In this document: one piece after another, positions 34,768 through 43,244 of the stretch
How positions within the stretch are numbered: position 1 is the stretch's first letter
How the letters are laid out: the number at the start of each line of letters is the position of its first letter
Origin: Nitrososphaerales archaeon
GTDB lineage: Archaea > Thermoproteota > Nitrososphaeria > Nitrososphaerales > Gagatemarchaeaceae
DNA length: 64,000 nt
Direction: 5' to 3'
Assembly (NCBI GenBank): GCA_032906765.1
Contig: JAJTZB010000003.1
Span: forward strand, 77,072 to 141,071
The notes under the pieces: model-generated
What the model saw: only the letters and a program-made list of their open reading frames with translations
Told to the model about the DNA's origin: nothing
Database searches by the model: none
Position numbers and translations under genes: made by a program

Positions 34768-35780
34768 TTCTCCAGTGTTTCGGACTGCGTTGACCTGGCG
34801 GCCTGAATCCTCGCGAGTGCAGCCTGAACGCGTTCAGGAGAGAAGGAGTGCTCCCCGACGAGGAAGGAGACTATCCTCTCGCCGTCAGGAGGCTTCCACT
34901 CGGGCATTACGCCCTTGGTAGCCGGAGGGTTGAGGTAGAGCTCCCTTATCGCATTGTAGTTTATCCCGGCCAGCTCGTCCTTCAGCTCCACGATCGACTC
35001 CAGCCTTCCGTACCTCTTCAGGTACTTCAGGGCCCTCACCGGGCCGACACCAGGGAATCCTCCTGGGTTGAAGTCAGTCCCGAGGAGAATCGCGAAGTCC
35101 ACGAGCTGCTCTCTCGTGAGCCCGGTCTCCGAGAGGACTGACGAAAGCGTTATCCTCTCGGGTTGGACGTTGATCACTATTCCTTTGCCGGGGAGCCTGC
35201 GCTTTCCCGAGATTGTCACATTCCTGACGAGGACTGGAGACCCGAAGATGAGTGAGTCGTGGTCCTGTGACGCAACGGCATCGACGGTCCCCTCCCCGGC
35301 CATGACCGACGCCTGGGCCTCTCCCTCGGAAGGGGCGTCGACCCAAGGTATCCCCATCGCATCGAGGAGTTGCTTCGCGTCCGCCACCATGTCCTTCCTC
35401 AGGACAGTTGACGCCTCCGCGAACTTCCTGGCCTGGGCCATGTCGCCCGCCTGTAGCGCTTTCAGGTACATGTCCTTGGCCTCGCGCCTCTGCGCAGAAC
35501 GCCTTTCGATCTCCTCGGCCTTCATTTCTGGGGGCTTGCCGTCGAAGACGTACACGAGCTTGATCCCCAGCTCGAGCAGGTTGATGTTCCTGTAGAAGAG
35601 GCCGCTGATGTGGGAGGTAACTCGACCCTTCGAGTCCTTGAGGTGCTCCCCGTTCGCTCCCCTGATTATGGCGAGGAATTGGTAGAGCGTGTTGTACGCG
35701 TCGACCGCGAGCTTCCAGCGGGCAATGTCCGCCAGCTCGATCTTCTCTCTCGGTATCGAGTCGCCCAGGTCAACGCCCAT
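34755..35780 (-). CDS. fen: Flap endonuclease 1
   Basis: 341 aa. It has an N-terminal MGVDLGD motif, XPG-N/I domains (VYVFDGKPP, SEGEAQ, SQDHDSLIFG) and an H3TH (GTDFNPGG). Confidence 0.93.
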   Translation of the reverse strand: MGVDLGDSIPREKIELADIARWKLAVDAYNTLYQFLAIIRGANGEHLKDSKGRVTSHISGLFYRNINLLELGIKLVYVFDGKPPEMKAEEIERRSAQRREAKDMYLKALQAGDMAQARKFAEASTVLRKDMVADAKQLLDAMGIPWVDAPSEGEAQASVMAGEGTVDAVASQDHDSLIFGSPVLVRNVTISGKRRLPGKGIVINVQPERITLSSVLSETGLTREQLVDFAILLGTDFNPGGFPGVGPVRALKYLKRYGRLESIVELKDELAGINYNAIRELYLNPPATKGVMPEWKPPDGERIVSFLVGEHSFSPERVQAALARIQAARSTQSETLEKWFG

Positions 35781-35904
35781 GCCAGACCCGCGCTGGCCGC
35801 GGCGGCATTTATTATTTGGCCAATGGGCAGCCCAGCACGTCTAGGGGTGAGATGAAAGCACGATTGGTGGTTAAGTATGCAAAGAATGCTCTTGCATCTA
35901 GAAT

Positions 35905-37098
35905 ATGCTCTCTGCCTTCAAGTACAGGCTCTACCCCAAGCCCGAGCAGGAGATGCGGCTCAATCGCTCCCTGCTCTTGCTCTGCAACCTCTATAACGAC
36001 TTGAAGGCCCAAGAGATGAGAAGATACAGGGAAGAGAACAAATCGACATCACTGGCGGCATTCAGGAGGCTTGCGCTCGACGCTCGTAAGCAGAGTGAGG
36101 AGCTTCGAGCGGTCCACAGCCAGGTCGTCCAGAACGTAGGCGATAGAATCCATCGGTCGTTCAGGAACTTCTTCGAGGGGAGGGCAAGGTTCCCGATGTG
36201 GAAGCAGCCCCACAGGTACAGCTCACTGACATACCCGCAATCGGGGTTCAAGCTCGATTCCCAACTTGGCCTTTGCCTATCAGGGATCGGTTACGTCAGA
36301 ATCTTCGTCCACCGTCCGCTGCTGGGCAGGGTGAAGCGCCTCACAATCAAGCGAGAAGCAGACGGCTGGTACGCCACTTTCATCGCAGAGCGCGAGGCAC
36401 CAGCTAAGAGACCCATCGCCGGGATACCCGCCAGCAGGGTCAGAGGTGCAGACCTGGGTCTCGATAAGTTCGTGGTGATGGACGACGCAACCTCGACCGA
36501 GTATCCAGAATTCTTGCGACGGTCAGAGGACAAGATCAAGCGCCTGCAGCACCACTTCTCTAGGAAGCACAAGGGCTCGAAGCGTCGCCTCGAGCTCGGG
36601 CGGAGGCTCGCTAGGCTCCACCTGCACGTGCGAAGACAGCGCGAGGACTTCCAGAACAAGCTCGTCCACAAGATTTTCGCAGAGAATGATGCCCTCATAC
36701 TGGAGAAGCTGAATGTTTCCGGCATGCTCCGCAACTACTCGCTAGCCAAATCCATCACGGACGCGTCGTGGGGAAGGTTCGCCCGCAGGGCTATCTTCAA
36801 GGCCGAATCGATGGGCAAGCACACAATCTTCGTCGACCCCTGGGGCACGACCCAGTTCTGTCACAACTGCCTCCAATGGGTTCCGAAGGATCTGGCCGAG
36901 AGGGAGCACAAGTGCCCCAACTGTGGCGAAACCACACCAAGAGACCTCAACTCCGCTCTTCTCATCAAAAGGCTCGGCACCCCCAGAAGCCCGGCCCCGG
37001 ACAGGGGCTCGTCACTCGCAGAGCAAGGGTCTCTGCCCTCCCTCAGGGAATGGGCAAGCTCGAGCAGTGAAGCGGGAAGCTCACGACTTCAGTCGTGA
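35905..37098 (+). CDS. tnpB: TnpB (OrfB_IS605) RNA-guided nuclease family protein
   Basis: 397 aa. It has the N-terminal FKYRLYP motif, RuvC-I D (GADLGLDKF), RuvC-II E (LILEKLN), a Zn finger (CHNC...CPNC) and RuvC-III D (PRDLNSA). The low-complexity C-terminal tail reads into the terminal hairpin. Confidence 0.9.
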   Translation: MLSAFKYRLYPKPEQEMRLNRSLLLLCNLYNDLKAQEMRRYREENKSTSLAAFRRLALDARKQSEELRAVHSQVVQNVGDRIHRSFRNFFEGRARFPMWKQPHRYSSLTYPQSGFKLDSQLGLCLSGIGYVRIFVHRPLLGRVKRLTIKREADGWYATFIAEREAPAKRPIAGIPASRVRGADLGLDKFVVMDDATSTEYPEFLRRSEDKIKRLQHHFSRKHKGSKRRLELGRRLARLHLHVRRQREDFQNKLVHKIFAENDALILEKLNVSGMLRNYSLAKSITDASWGRFARRAIFKAESMGKHTIFVDPWGTTQFCHNCLQWVPKDLAEREHKCPNCGETTPRDLNSALLIKRLGTPRSPAPDRGSSLAEQGSLPSLREWASSSSEAGSSRLQS

Positions 37099-37099
37099 G
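37080..37099 (+). other. Perfect 8-bp stem-loop CTCACGAC-TTCA-GTCGTGAG overlapping the tnpB stop codon
   Basis: The inverted repeat is read directly from the sequence. Its position at the tnpB 3' end fits the right-end / omega-RNA scaffold region of IS605-family elements. Confidence 0.6.
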
Positions 37100-37105
37100 A
37101 GGATG

Positions 37106-37354
37106 TCACTCGTTGATGCGGGGGATGCGCTGCTCCTCTTCCGGCTTCTCTAGGACCTCGAGCCTGCGCTTGTCCTTCCCGACCCAACGGACGCTGATCA
37201 GACCAAGAATCTCGAGCTGCATCAGCACCTTGTTAAGCTCGTCCGGCGAGCACTTCGTTCCGTTCTTGTTCAGCGCCTCCAGTAGGTCACCGTCAGTGGA
37301 GTTCTTCTTCTCCTTCAGCCACTCGAACGCTGCGTATCTGAGAGGGTACTTCAT
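37106..37354 (-). CDS. Small winged-helix-like protein
   Basis: 82 aa. DLLEALNKNGTKCSPDELNKVLMQLEILGLISVRWVGKDKRR looks like a wHTH. It converges on tnpB, and the two stops are 8 nt apart. Confidence 0.4.
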   Translation of the reverse strand: MKYPLRYAAFEWLKEKKNSTDGDLLEALNKNGTKCSPDELNKVLMQLEILGLISVRWVGKDKRRLEVLEKPEEEQRIPRINE

Positions 37355-37424
37355 AGAATCACTTCGGCAGAGGCGGCAGGTACCTCTGTTCCTCGTCTGG
37401 TATAAAAGCTCTGTCGGCGCTCGT

Positions 37425-37721
37425 TCACTGAGGAGGTAGCTTGCTGGACATCCTGCTGACGCCCATGAACTCGCACTGCCCGACGAGGGGAGCGGTGGAG
37501 ACGGCCGCCTCGACCTTGTCGATTATTCCCTCTCCCTCTGGTGCAACTATGTCGAGGATTAGGGCCGACAGGCCGAACGCTATGGGCTCGATCTTCTGGG
37601 CCCTGACCTGTGTCTCGGCCGGAAGTACGCTGGTCACTAAATCAACTATCTTCTTGTGCTCCGTAGTAGTGTCCTGCGGGAGGACCTTGAGCCTGATGAC
37701 GTATGAGCCCATCGTGCCCAC
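37425..37721 (-). CDS. Elongation factor 1-beta (aEF-1beta)
   Basis: 98 aa. IRLKVLPQD......IV..V...LP.......QKIEPIAFGL.AL.L.IV.P....G..D.VE.A matches the aEF-1beta pattern. It lies next to its usual Zn-ribbon partner. Confidence 0.8.
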   Translation of the reverse strand: MGTMGSYVIRLKVLPQDTTTEHKKIVDLVTSVLPAETQVRAQKIEPIAFGLSALILDIVAPEGEGIIDKVEAAVSTAPLVGQCEFMGVSRMSSKLPPQ

Positions 37722-37955
37722 CTAAGGACCTTCGAACCCGCAGCTGACGCACTTGTATCTGCGCGAGAACTTCCTGCACTTCTCGCATCTCCATATCAGC
37801 ACCTCGTGACAGTTGGGGCAGTAGAACTTGGACGCCCTCTCTCCCGGCTTGATTGGCCTGTTGCACGAGCTGCAGAGTGGGAGCGATATGGTGCTCTGGG
37901 ACATGTTCGGATGAAAACCCCCGTGGAGGCTGGCTGATATGCTTTGCTCCGTCAC
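37722..37955 (-). CDS. Zn-ribbon protein (COG2888-like) usually found with aEF-1beta
   Basis: 77 aa with four CxxC pairs (CSSC, CPNC, CEKC, CVSC). Confidence 0.7.
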   Translation of the reverse strand: MTEQSISASLHGGFHPNMSQSTISLPLCSSCNRPIKPGERASKFYCPNCHEVLIWRCEKCRKFSRRYKCVSCGFEGP

Positions 37956-37962
37956 GAGCCGG

Positions 37963-39132
37963 TTACGAGCCCGTCAGGAGCGACCTGGCTCCCGCAGAGG
38001 CGACAACCCTAGCTACCCTGAGAAGGCCCCCCACCCCAACGGCTCCGAGAAGAGCAGTTGCGTGAAAGTCGAAGTCGGACTGTGAGAGCCTGGAGAGGAG
38101 CTTCGGAGTGGCCAAGGCCGTCACGAGCGCGTCGAGGTCCTTGTTGGAAAGATTCTCGAAGACCCTCCTCAGCCTGAGCATACTCCTCATCTCCTTGAGG
38201 AAGCGCGATTCCCAATCTGGTTGGTAGTTGTCCAGTAAGGAGGGGTCGTTGAGCTGGAGCGCATCGTTGACCCACCTCGCACCGGTCACCGCCCCCCCAA
38301 TCGACGTCATTATTCCTCCTGCGGTGGTCGGCTTCACCTGGCCGGCAGACTCGCCCACCAAGACCCTCCTACCCTGAACAAAGGGGCCTACAGGTCCGCC
38401 GACGTAGATGGGAGCGGCCACCCTCCTGAGCAGCTTGTGAGGCCTGGACAGTAGGAAGCCGTCTAAGGCTTTGAATGCGTTGACTCCCCAGCCTGCAGCC
38501 CCGACCTTGGCCCTGCCTGATCCGTAGGGTATCACCCATGCAAAGAACCCCGGGTACTTCGCCGCGTCGACGAATACCTCAACAGTCCTCTCTCTCAGCC
38601 AGTCGGCCTCGATCTCGTACTTCGCTGCTGGAATGATTCCCCGCCTGGGGGCAGAGGCTGGCCCCGTCGCGTCAACGAAATACTTCGCCCGGAGGGTCTC
38701 TCTTCCCACCTTGACGGCTACGCCATCGTCCGTCTCGCGGTGTCCTGAGACCCTGGCGCCAGTCCTCACCACAGCGCCCCACGACTCTGCCTTCTCCTTG
38801 ACGTGCTTGTCGTAGGCGCTCCTGTCGAGCACCACAACGTTCAGGGCAGTAGCGTTGACAGCAAGCTCGTTACCGGCTGGTGAGTGAATGACGCCCGAGG
38901 CTATCTCGTTCTGGATGACGTGCTTCTCCGGGGCGAACCCGAACCTTCGCAACCCGCGGAGACTGACGAGCCCGTCGCACTTCTCCGGTTCGCCTATCTC
39001 CTCGTGCTCCTCCGCCACAAGGACCGTGAGCCCCCTCTTCGCTGCTTCTGCCGCAAAGGCGAGGCCGGCGATGCTTCCTCCTGCCACGATGGCGTCGTAT
39101 TCCCTGCTCAAGAAACGGGGACCTTTGCGCAA
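37963..39132 (-). CDS. Geranylgeranyl reductase family FAD-dependent oxidoreductase
   Basis: 389 aa. It has an N-terminal FAD fold (YDAIVAGGSIAGLAFA..A.RG..VLV.E) and a GESAGQVKPTTAGGI motif typical of GGR. Confidence 0.8.
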   Translation of the reverse strand: MRKGPRFLSREYDAIVAGGSIAGLAFAAEAAKRGLTVLVAEEHEEIGEPEKCDGLVSLRGLRRFGFAPEKHVIQNEIASGVIHSPAGNELAVNATALNVVVLDRSAYDKHVKEKAESWGAVVRTGARVSGHRETDDGVAVKVGRETLRAKYFVDATGPASAPRRGIIPAAKYEIEADWLRERTVEVFVDAAKYPGFFAWVIPYGSGRAKVGAAGWGVNAFKALDGFLLSRPHKLLRRVAAPIYVGGPVGPFVQGRRVLVGESAGQVKPTTAGGIMTSIGGAVTGARWVNDALQLNDPSLLDNYQPDWESRFLKEMRSMLRLRRVFENLSNKDLDALVTALATPKLLSRLSQSDFDFHATALLGAVGVGGLLRVARVVASAGARSLLTGS

Positions 39133-39170
39133 GCCTTAACCCCGCTGGTATAAACCGTTGGGAAGAGAAC

Positions 39171-39518
39171 TTGAAGCAGGCCGTGGTCGTGAGGAACGAC
39201 CTGAAGATGGGGAAGGGGAAGATCGCCGCCCAGGTCGCCCACGCCTCCCTCTCCGCGGCCGAGGAGGCGATGAAGAAGCGCGAGACTTGGTACGATGAAT
39301 GGAAGTCGGGAGGACAGAGGAAGGTCGTGCTCAAGGTGCAATCCGAGGGGGAACTCGGCGAGGTATTCAGGAAAGCGAAGGCCGCGAAACTGCCCGCGGC
39401 CCTGATTGAAGATAGGGGGCTCACCCAGGTCGAGCCGGGGACAGTGACGTGCGTGGGGATCGGCCCCGGGCCAGATGACGCAATCGACTCGATAACCGGG
39501 AAGCTCAAGCTGCTATGA
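39171..39518 (+). CDS. pth2: Peptidyl-tRNA hydrolase Pth2
   Basis: 115 aa. KQAVVVRNDLKMGKGKIAAQVAHAS and VLKV...EL......A......A..I.D.G.T....GT.T are Pth2 hallmarks. Confidence 0.9.
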   Translation: MKQAVVVRNDLKMGKGKIAAQVAHASLSAAEEAMKKRETWYDEWKSGGQRKVVLKVQSEGELGEVFRKAKAAKLPAALIEDRGLTQVEPGTVTCVGIGPGPDDAIDSITGKLKLL

Positions 39519-40783
39519 CCCTGCCGCCCGAGCTGGACAGGGCGGTCGGCATGGAAGTGTACGCCAGCGGTACCAAGCCGTGCAAGGCCACGCTCAGGTC
39601 CACAGACGAGGACTTCAGGGTCGAGGAAGCGCTCGGGGAACTCACGGTGGAGGAGGCGCCCCTGCCTGGCCACCTCCCACTCTACAGGGTTGAGAAGAGC
39701 TCGATAGACACCTTCCACCTCGCGAGAGCCATGGCAGAGGTACTGAAGAGCAGGGTCAGCTACGCAGGCATCAAAGACAAGAGAGCTGCCGCAGTCCAGT
39801 TTGTGACCCCCACTAGCACGAGGTCGATGAGGCCGGAGAGGATCGAACGGGAGAACTTCAGCGCTGTGCTGGTCGGGTACGTGCCGAGGCCTCTGTCGCG
39901 GCAGATGGCGTCGGGCAACAGGTTCAGGATTGTCCTCAGGAACTGCGGCCCGGCCATCCAAGCCTGCATCGACGAGGTGTACGGGCTCGCTGCTTCTCTG
40001 CACCTGCCCAACTTCTACGGTCTGCAGAGGTTCGGGGCAAGGGACGCCATCACGCACAGGGTGGGCAGAGCTCTCGTGAAGAGGCGGTTCGCCGACGCCG
40101 TCGGGACGCTACTGTTCGAGCCGAGGAGCATGGACAACGAGACGACATCCGAGGCGAGGAAACTGATGTCCGATGGGCGATACTCGGAGGGATACAAAAT
40201 GCTCCCGCCGAAGCAGAACGTTGAGAGGATGGCGGCCCACCACCTAACGAGGAAGCCTGATGACGCCGTGGGCGCCATACGGGCGGTCCCGATTGCGCTC
40301 AGGAGGTTCTACACCCAGGCCTACCAGTCCTATCTGTTCAACAGGACACTCAGCCTCGCGCTAAGGGATGGGCTCGACCTCTCGAAGGCGGAGCGGGGCG
40401 ACAACTGGGGCGAGACGACGCGGGATGGGCTCAACCTGGGGAAGGTGCACGGTGTGAAGGAGCCCATGGAGGCTGGCGCAGTGCCCGTCGTCCAGTTCGC
40501 GGGTTACGCGTACAGGAACTACGGCTCAAGGTTCGACCGCTGCCTCGAGGAGGTCATGAAGGAGGAGCAGGTTGCCCCGAAGGACTTCTACATTGAGGAC
40601 ATGCAGGAGGTGAGCGTTGAGGGCGGGTTCAGAAGGCCCCATCTCGCCGTCAGCGGCGCATCGCACGAGCTCTCTGACGGCAACGCTGTGATGACGTTCA
40701 CTCTGCCGAGAGGGGGCTACGCGACAGTCCTCCTGAGGGAAGTGATCAAGCCGTCCGACCCCGTGAGAGCAGGATTCGCGTAG
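39515..40783 (+). CDS. truD: tRNA pseudouridine synthase TruD/Pus7 family
   Basis: 422 aa with the YAGIKDKRA catalytic Asp motif, PNFYGLQRFG and a C-terminal GGYATVLLRE. Confidence 0.88.
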   Translation: MTLPPELDRAVGMEVYASGTKPCKATLRSTDEDFRVEEALGELTVEEAPLPGHLPLYRVEKSSIDTFHLARAMAEVLKSRVSYAGIKDKRAAAVQFVTPTSTRSMRPERIERENFSAVLVGYVPRPLSRQMASGNRFRIVLRNCGPAIQACIDEVYGLAASLHLPNFYGLQRFGARDAITHRVGRALVKRRFADAVGTLLFEPRSMDNETTSEARKLMSDGRYSEGYKMLPPKQNVERMAAHHLTRKPDDAVGAIRAVPIALRRFYTQAYQSYLFNRTLSLALRDGLDLSKAERGDNWGETTRDGLNLGKVHGVKEPMEAGAVPVVQFAGYAYRNYGSRFDRCLEEVMKEEQVAPKDFYIEDMQEVSVEGGFRRPHLAVSGASHELSDGNAVMTFTLPRGGYATVLLREVIKPSDPVRAGFA

Positions 40784-40832
40784 TCTGCGAGAATGCTTAT
40801 ACCACCAACAAGATTGGCCGAACCGAAAGAAG

Positions 40833-41828
40833 ATGTCTCAGGACGTCTACGACATCACAATAATCGGCGCTGGGCCGACTGGGCTTTTCGCAGCTTTCTA
40901 CGCTGGCCTGAGGGTGATGAAGACCAAGTTGATGGACGCACTGGAGCAGCCCGGCGGGCAGGTGGCCGTTCTGTATCCGGAGAAGTACATCTTCGACGCG
41001 CCCGGCTATGCGAAGATACTTGCGAAAGACCTGGTGAAGAATCTTGTCGAACAGGCGTACCAGGCCAACCCGACTGTCGTTCTGGGTGAGAGGATTATTT
41101 CCTTCCGGAAGGAAGACGGCATCTTCGAGATTACGACTGACAAAGGGACGAAACACTATACCAAGACGATTCTCATAGCCGCAGGTGTCGGGGCGTTCGC
41201 ACCGAACAAGCTGGAGGCGGCCGGAGTGCCAGAGTATGAGGGGAGGGGAATCTACTACTTCGTGAAGGAGAAGGTGGCCTTCAAGGGGAAGAAGCTGATG
41301 ATTGTAGGCGGAGGTGACTCGGCCGTGGACTGGGCGCTGAGCATGAGGGACGTCGCTGAGAAGATCACACTGGTGCACAGGAGAGACGTCTTCAGGGCGC
41401 ACGAACAGAGCGTCACTGAGCTGATGCACTCGAACGTGGATGTGAAGCTGTTTTACGAAGTCAGGAAGGTGGTCGGGGACGGGAAGACCGTAAAGCAGGC
41501 TGTGATCTTCGACAACAGGAGCAACGCCGAGACGACGCTGGACGTCGACGCCATCTTGGTGAACATAGGGTTCAGGGCGGACCTCGGACCGATCAAGGAC
41601 TGGGGGCTCGAGATAAACGGCAGGGAGTTGGTCTGCAACGGCAGGATGGAGACGAAGGTGCCCGGAATATACGTCGCGGGCGATATCGCAGGTCCGGCGG
41701 AGGCAGTGAAGCTCAACCTCATCGCCACGGGTTACGCCCAGGCGGCAATCGCAGTGAACGTTGCGAAGTCCTTCGTGGACCCGAACTCCAAGATATTCCC
41801 TGGCCACAGCAGCGAGATGAAGAAGTAG
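40833..41828 (+). CDS. Thioredoxin-reductase-like ferredoxin-NADP+ reductase (no CxxC)
   Basis: 331 aa with ITIIGAGPTGLFAA, GGGDSAVDWA and GDIA motifs. It resembles the YumC-type FNR family and has no redox CxxC. Confidence 0.82.
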   Translation: MSQDVYDITIIGAGPTGLFAAFYAGLRVMKTKLMDALEQPGGQVAVLYPEKYIFDAPGYAKILAKDLVKNLVEQAYQANPTVVLGERIISFRKEDGIFEITTDKGTKHYTKTILIAAGVGAFAPNKLEAAGVPEYEGRGIYYFVKEKVAFKGKKLMIVGGGDSAVDWALSMRDVAEKITLVHRRDVFRAHEQSVTELMHSNVDVKLFYEVRKVVGDGKTVKQAVIFDNRSNAETTLDVDAILVNIGFRADLGPIKDWGLEINGRELVCNGRMETKVPGIYVAGDIAGPAEAVKLNLIATGYAQAAIAVNVAKSFVDPNSKIFPGHSSEMKK

Positions 41829-41830
41829 CC

Positions 41831-42292
41831 CTAGACAGTCAGGCCCAGTACCCTTCGGTAGTTGAAGTCGCTCTTGACTGAAGGATGCAGTGGGTCGACG
41901 AGCACGCATTCGTACCATGCAAACCTTCCGTCCTTCCAGATCAGGTAGGACCCGAGGACCTTCATGTTGGGATAACGCTCCGAGACCCTCCTCTCGGCAA
42001 CGGTCTGCGAAGAGACTGCGGACTTTATTTTGAGGACGCCCATGTGCTTCGGCCTCCTCCCTGACGTAGGCCTCTGATGCCTCATCCCTCCCCTTGAGAC
42101 CCTCGCCCTCACCACGATGACTCCCTCCTTTGCTTTGTAGCCCAAAGACCTCGCCCGGTCGAGCCTGGAGGGACGCTCAATCCTCTTCATGGCAGGCTCC
42201 TTGCGCAACTCTACTGCTCTCGCCCGGATGTTCCCCGCCTTCTCGTGGAAGATACCCTGCCAGGAACGAGAGATTTGCCTGTACATGGCCAT
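41831..42292 (-). CDS. rpl15e: 50S ribosomal protein L15e
   Basis: RIERPSRLDRARSLGYKAKEGVIVVRARVSRGG...RP.SGRRPKHMG is the eL15 signature region. Confidence 0.85.
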   Translation of the reverse strand: MAMYRQISRSWQGIFHEKAGNIRARAVELRKEPAMKRIERPSRLDRARSLGYKAKEGVIVVRARVSRGGMRHQRPTSGRRPKHMGVLKIKSAVSSQTVAERRVSERYPNMKVLGSYLIWKDGRFAWYECVLVDPLHPSVKSDFNYRRVLGLTV

Positions 42293-42332
42293 CGGTCGGC
42301 CCGTTCTCGGTCGGCAAATAAACGTTCTGAGA

Positions 42333-43244
42333 TTAGGAAGCTGAGAAGAAGGCCCTGATCTTTTCGCCGACGACTGCTATTGCGCTGACCTGGGCCTCGG
42401 CTGTCTGGCCGCCGATGTGGGGGGTGATTATGAGGTTGGGGGTCGACAGCAATTCCCCGCTCGGCGGTTCCTTCTCGAAGACGTCAAGCGCCGCACCGGC
42501 TATAACGCTGTTCCTGAGCGCCACTGAGAGGGAGTGTTCGTCCACGACTCCTCCCCTCGACGTATTGATTAGGAAAGCGCTTCTCTTCATGGAAGATAGC
42601 CGGGCCGAGTCGACCATGCGTTTCGTCTGCTCCGTGAGGGGGACGTGAAGCGTGACGTAGTCTGATGACGCGAAGAGCTCGGCGAGGTCCACGACCCGGC
42701 AGCGCAGCTCGTTGATAACTTCGGGCGAAATCGGAATCACGTCGTAGATCAGGATCGACATTCCGAGCACTCTCGCGATCGCCCCTATCCTCTTCCCTAT
42801 CCTGCCCAGGCCCACGATGCCCAGCGTCTTTCCCTTCAGCTCGACACCAATCAGGGAGTTCTTCTCCCACCTCCCTGCCTTCGTTGTCTGGTCCGCCTGG
42901 ACCAGCTTCCTGCTTAGAGCCAACATGAGGAGAACAACGTGCTCTGCGACAGCCTCGACAAGAGATTCCGGGCTGTTGACCACCTCGACCCCTTTGCTCT
43001 TTGCGTAGTCAACGTCGACGTTGTCCAAGCCAGTGCCCGGCCTTGCCACGAGCTTGAGAGCCGCGGCCCTGTCGAGGATATCCCTGTCCACCTTCGTCCT
43101 GCTTCTGACAACGAGAGCCTCGTACCCCCCGACGATTTTGAGGAGCTCGTCCTTGGCGATGTCGGGCCTGTAGTCTACCCTGAAGCTGGGACCAAGCGAG
43201 AGTTGTTCGATCTCTACGTGGTCGCAAACGAGGACCCTGATCAC
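42333..43244 (-). CDS. D-isomer-specific 2-hydroxyacid dehydrogenase (short D-3-phosphoglycerate dehydrogenase type)
   Basis: 303 aa with the NAD motif GIVGLGRIG, and the catalytic region NTSRGGVVD and TPHIGGQT. Confidence 0.85.
   Translation of the reverse strand: MIRVLVCDHVEIEQLSLGPSFRVDYRPDIAKDELLKIVGGYEALVVRSRTKVDRDILDRAAALKLVARPGTGLDNVDVDYAKSKGVEVVNSPESLVEAVAEHVVLLMLALSRKLVQADQTTKAGRWEKNSLIGVELKGKTLGIVGLGRIGKRIGAIARVLGMSILIYDVIPISPEVINELRCRVVDLAELFASSDYVTLHVPLTEQTKRMVDSARLSSMKRSAFLINTSRGGVVDEHSLSVALRNSVIAGAALDVFEKEPPSGELLSTPNLIITPHIGGQTAEAQVSAIAVVGEKIRAFFSAS

Larger units (their letters stand above)
35905..37108 (+). mobile_element. IS200/IS605-family tnpB-only (IS1341-like) element, minimal extent; true ends not determined
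   Basis: It contains tnpB plus a terminal stem-loop. No tnpA is adjacent, and only one copy is in the window, so LE and RE cannot be delimited. Confidence 0.45.

Noticed and set aside
38870-40057. A 395-aa minus-strand ORF spanning the GGR, Pth2 and TruD region.
   Set aside because: It overlaps three well-supported genes and has Arg/Pro-rich composition with no motif, so it is a shadow ORF.
40797-41918. A 373-aa minus-strand ORF antisense to the ferredoxin-NADP reductase-like gene.
   Set aside because: It is fully antisense to a gene with clear FAD/NAD motifs, and its composition is typical of spurious GC-rich frames.
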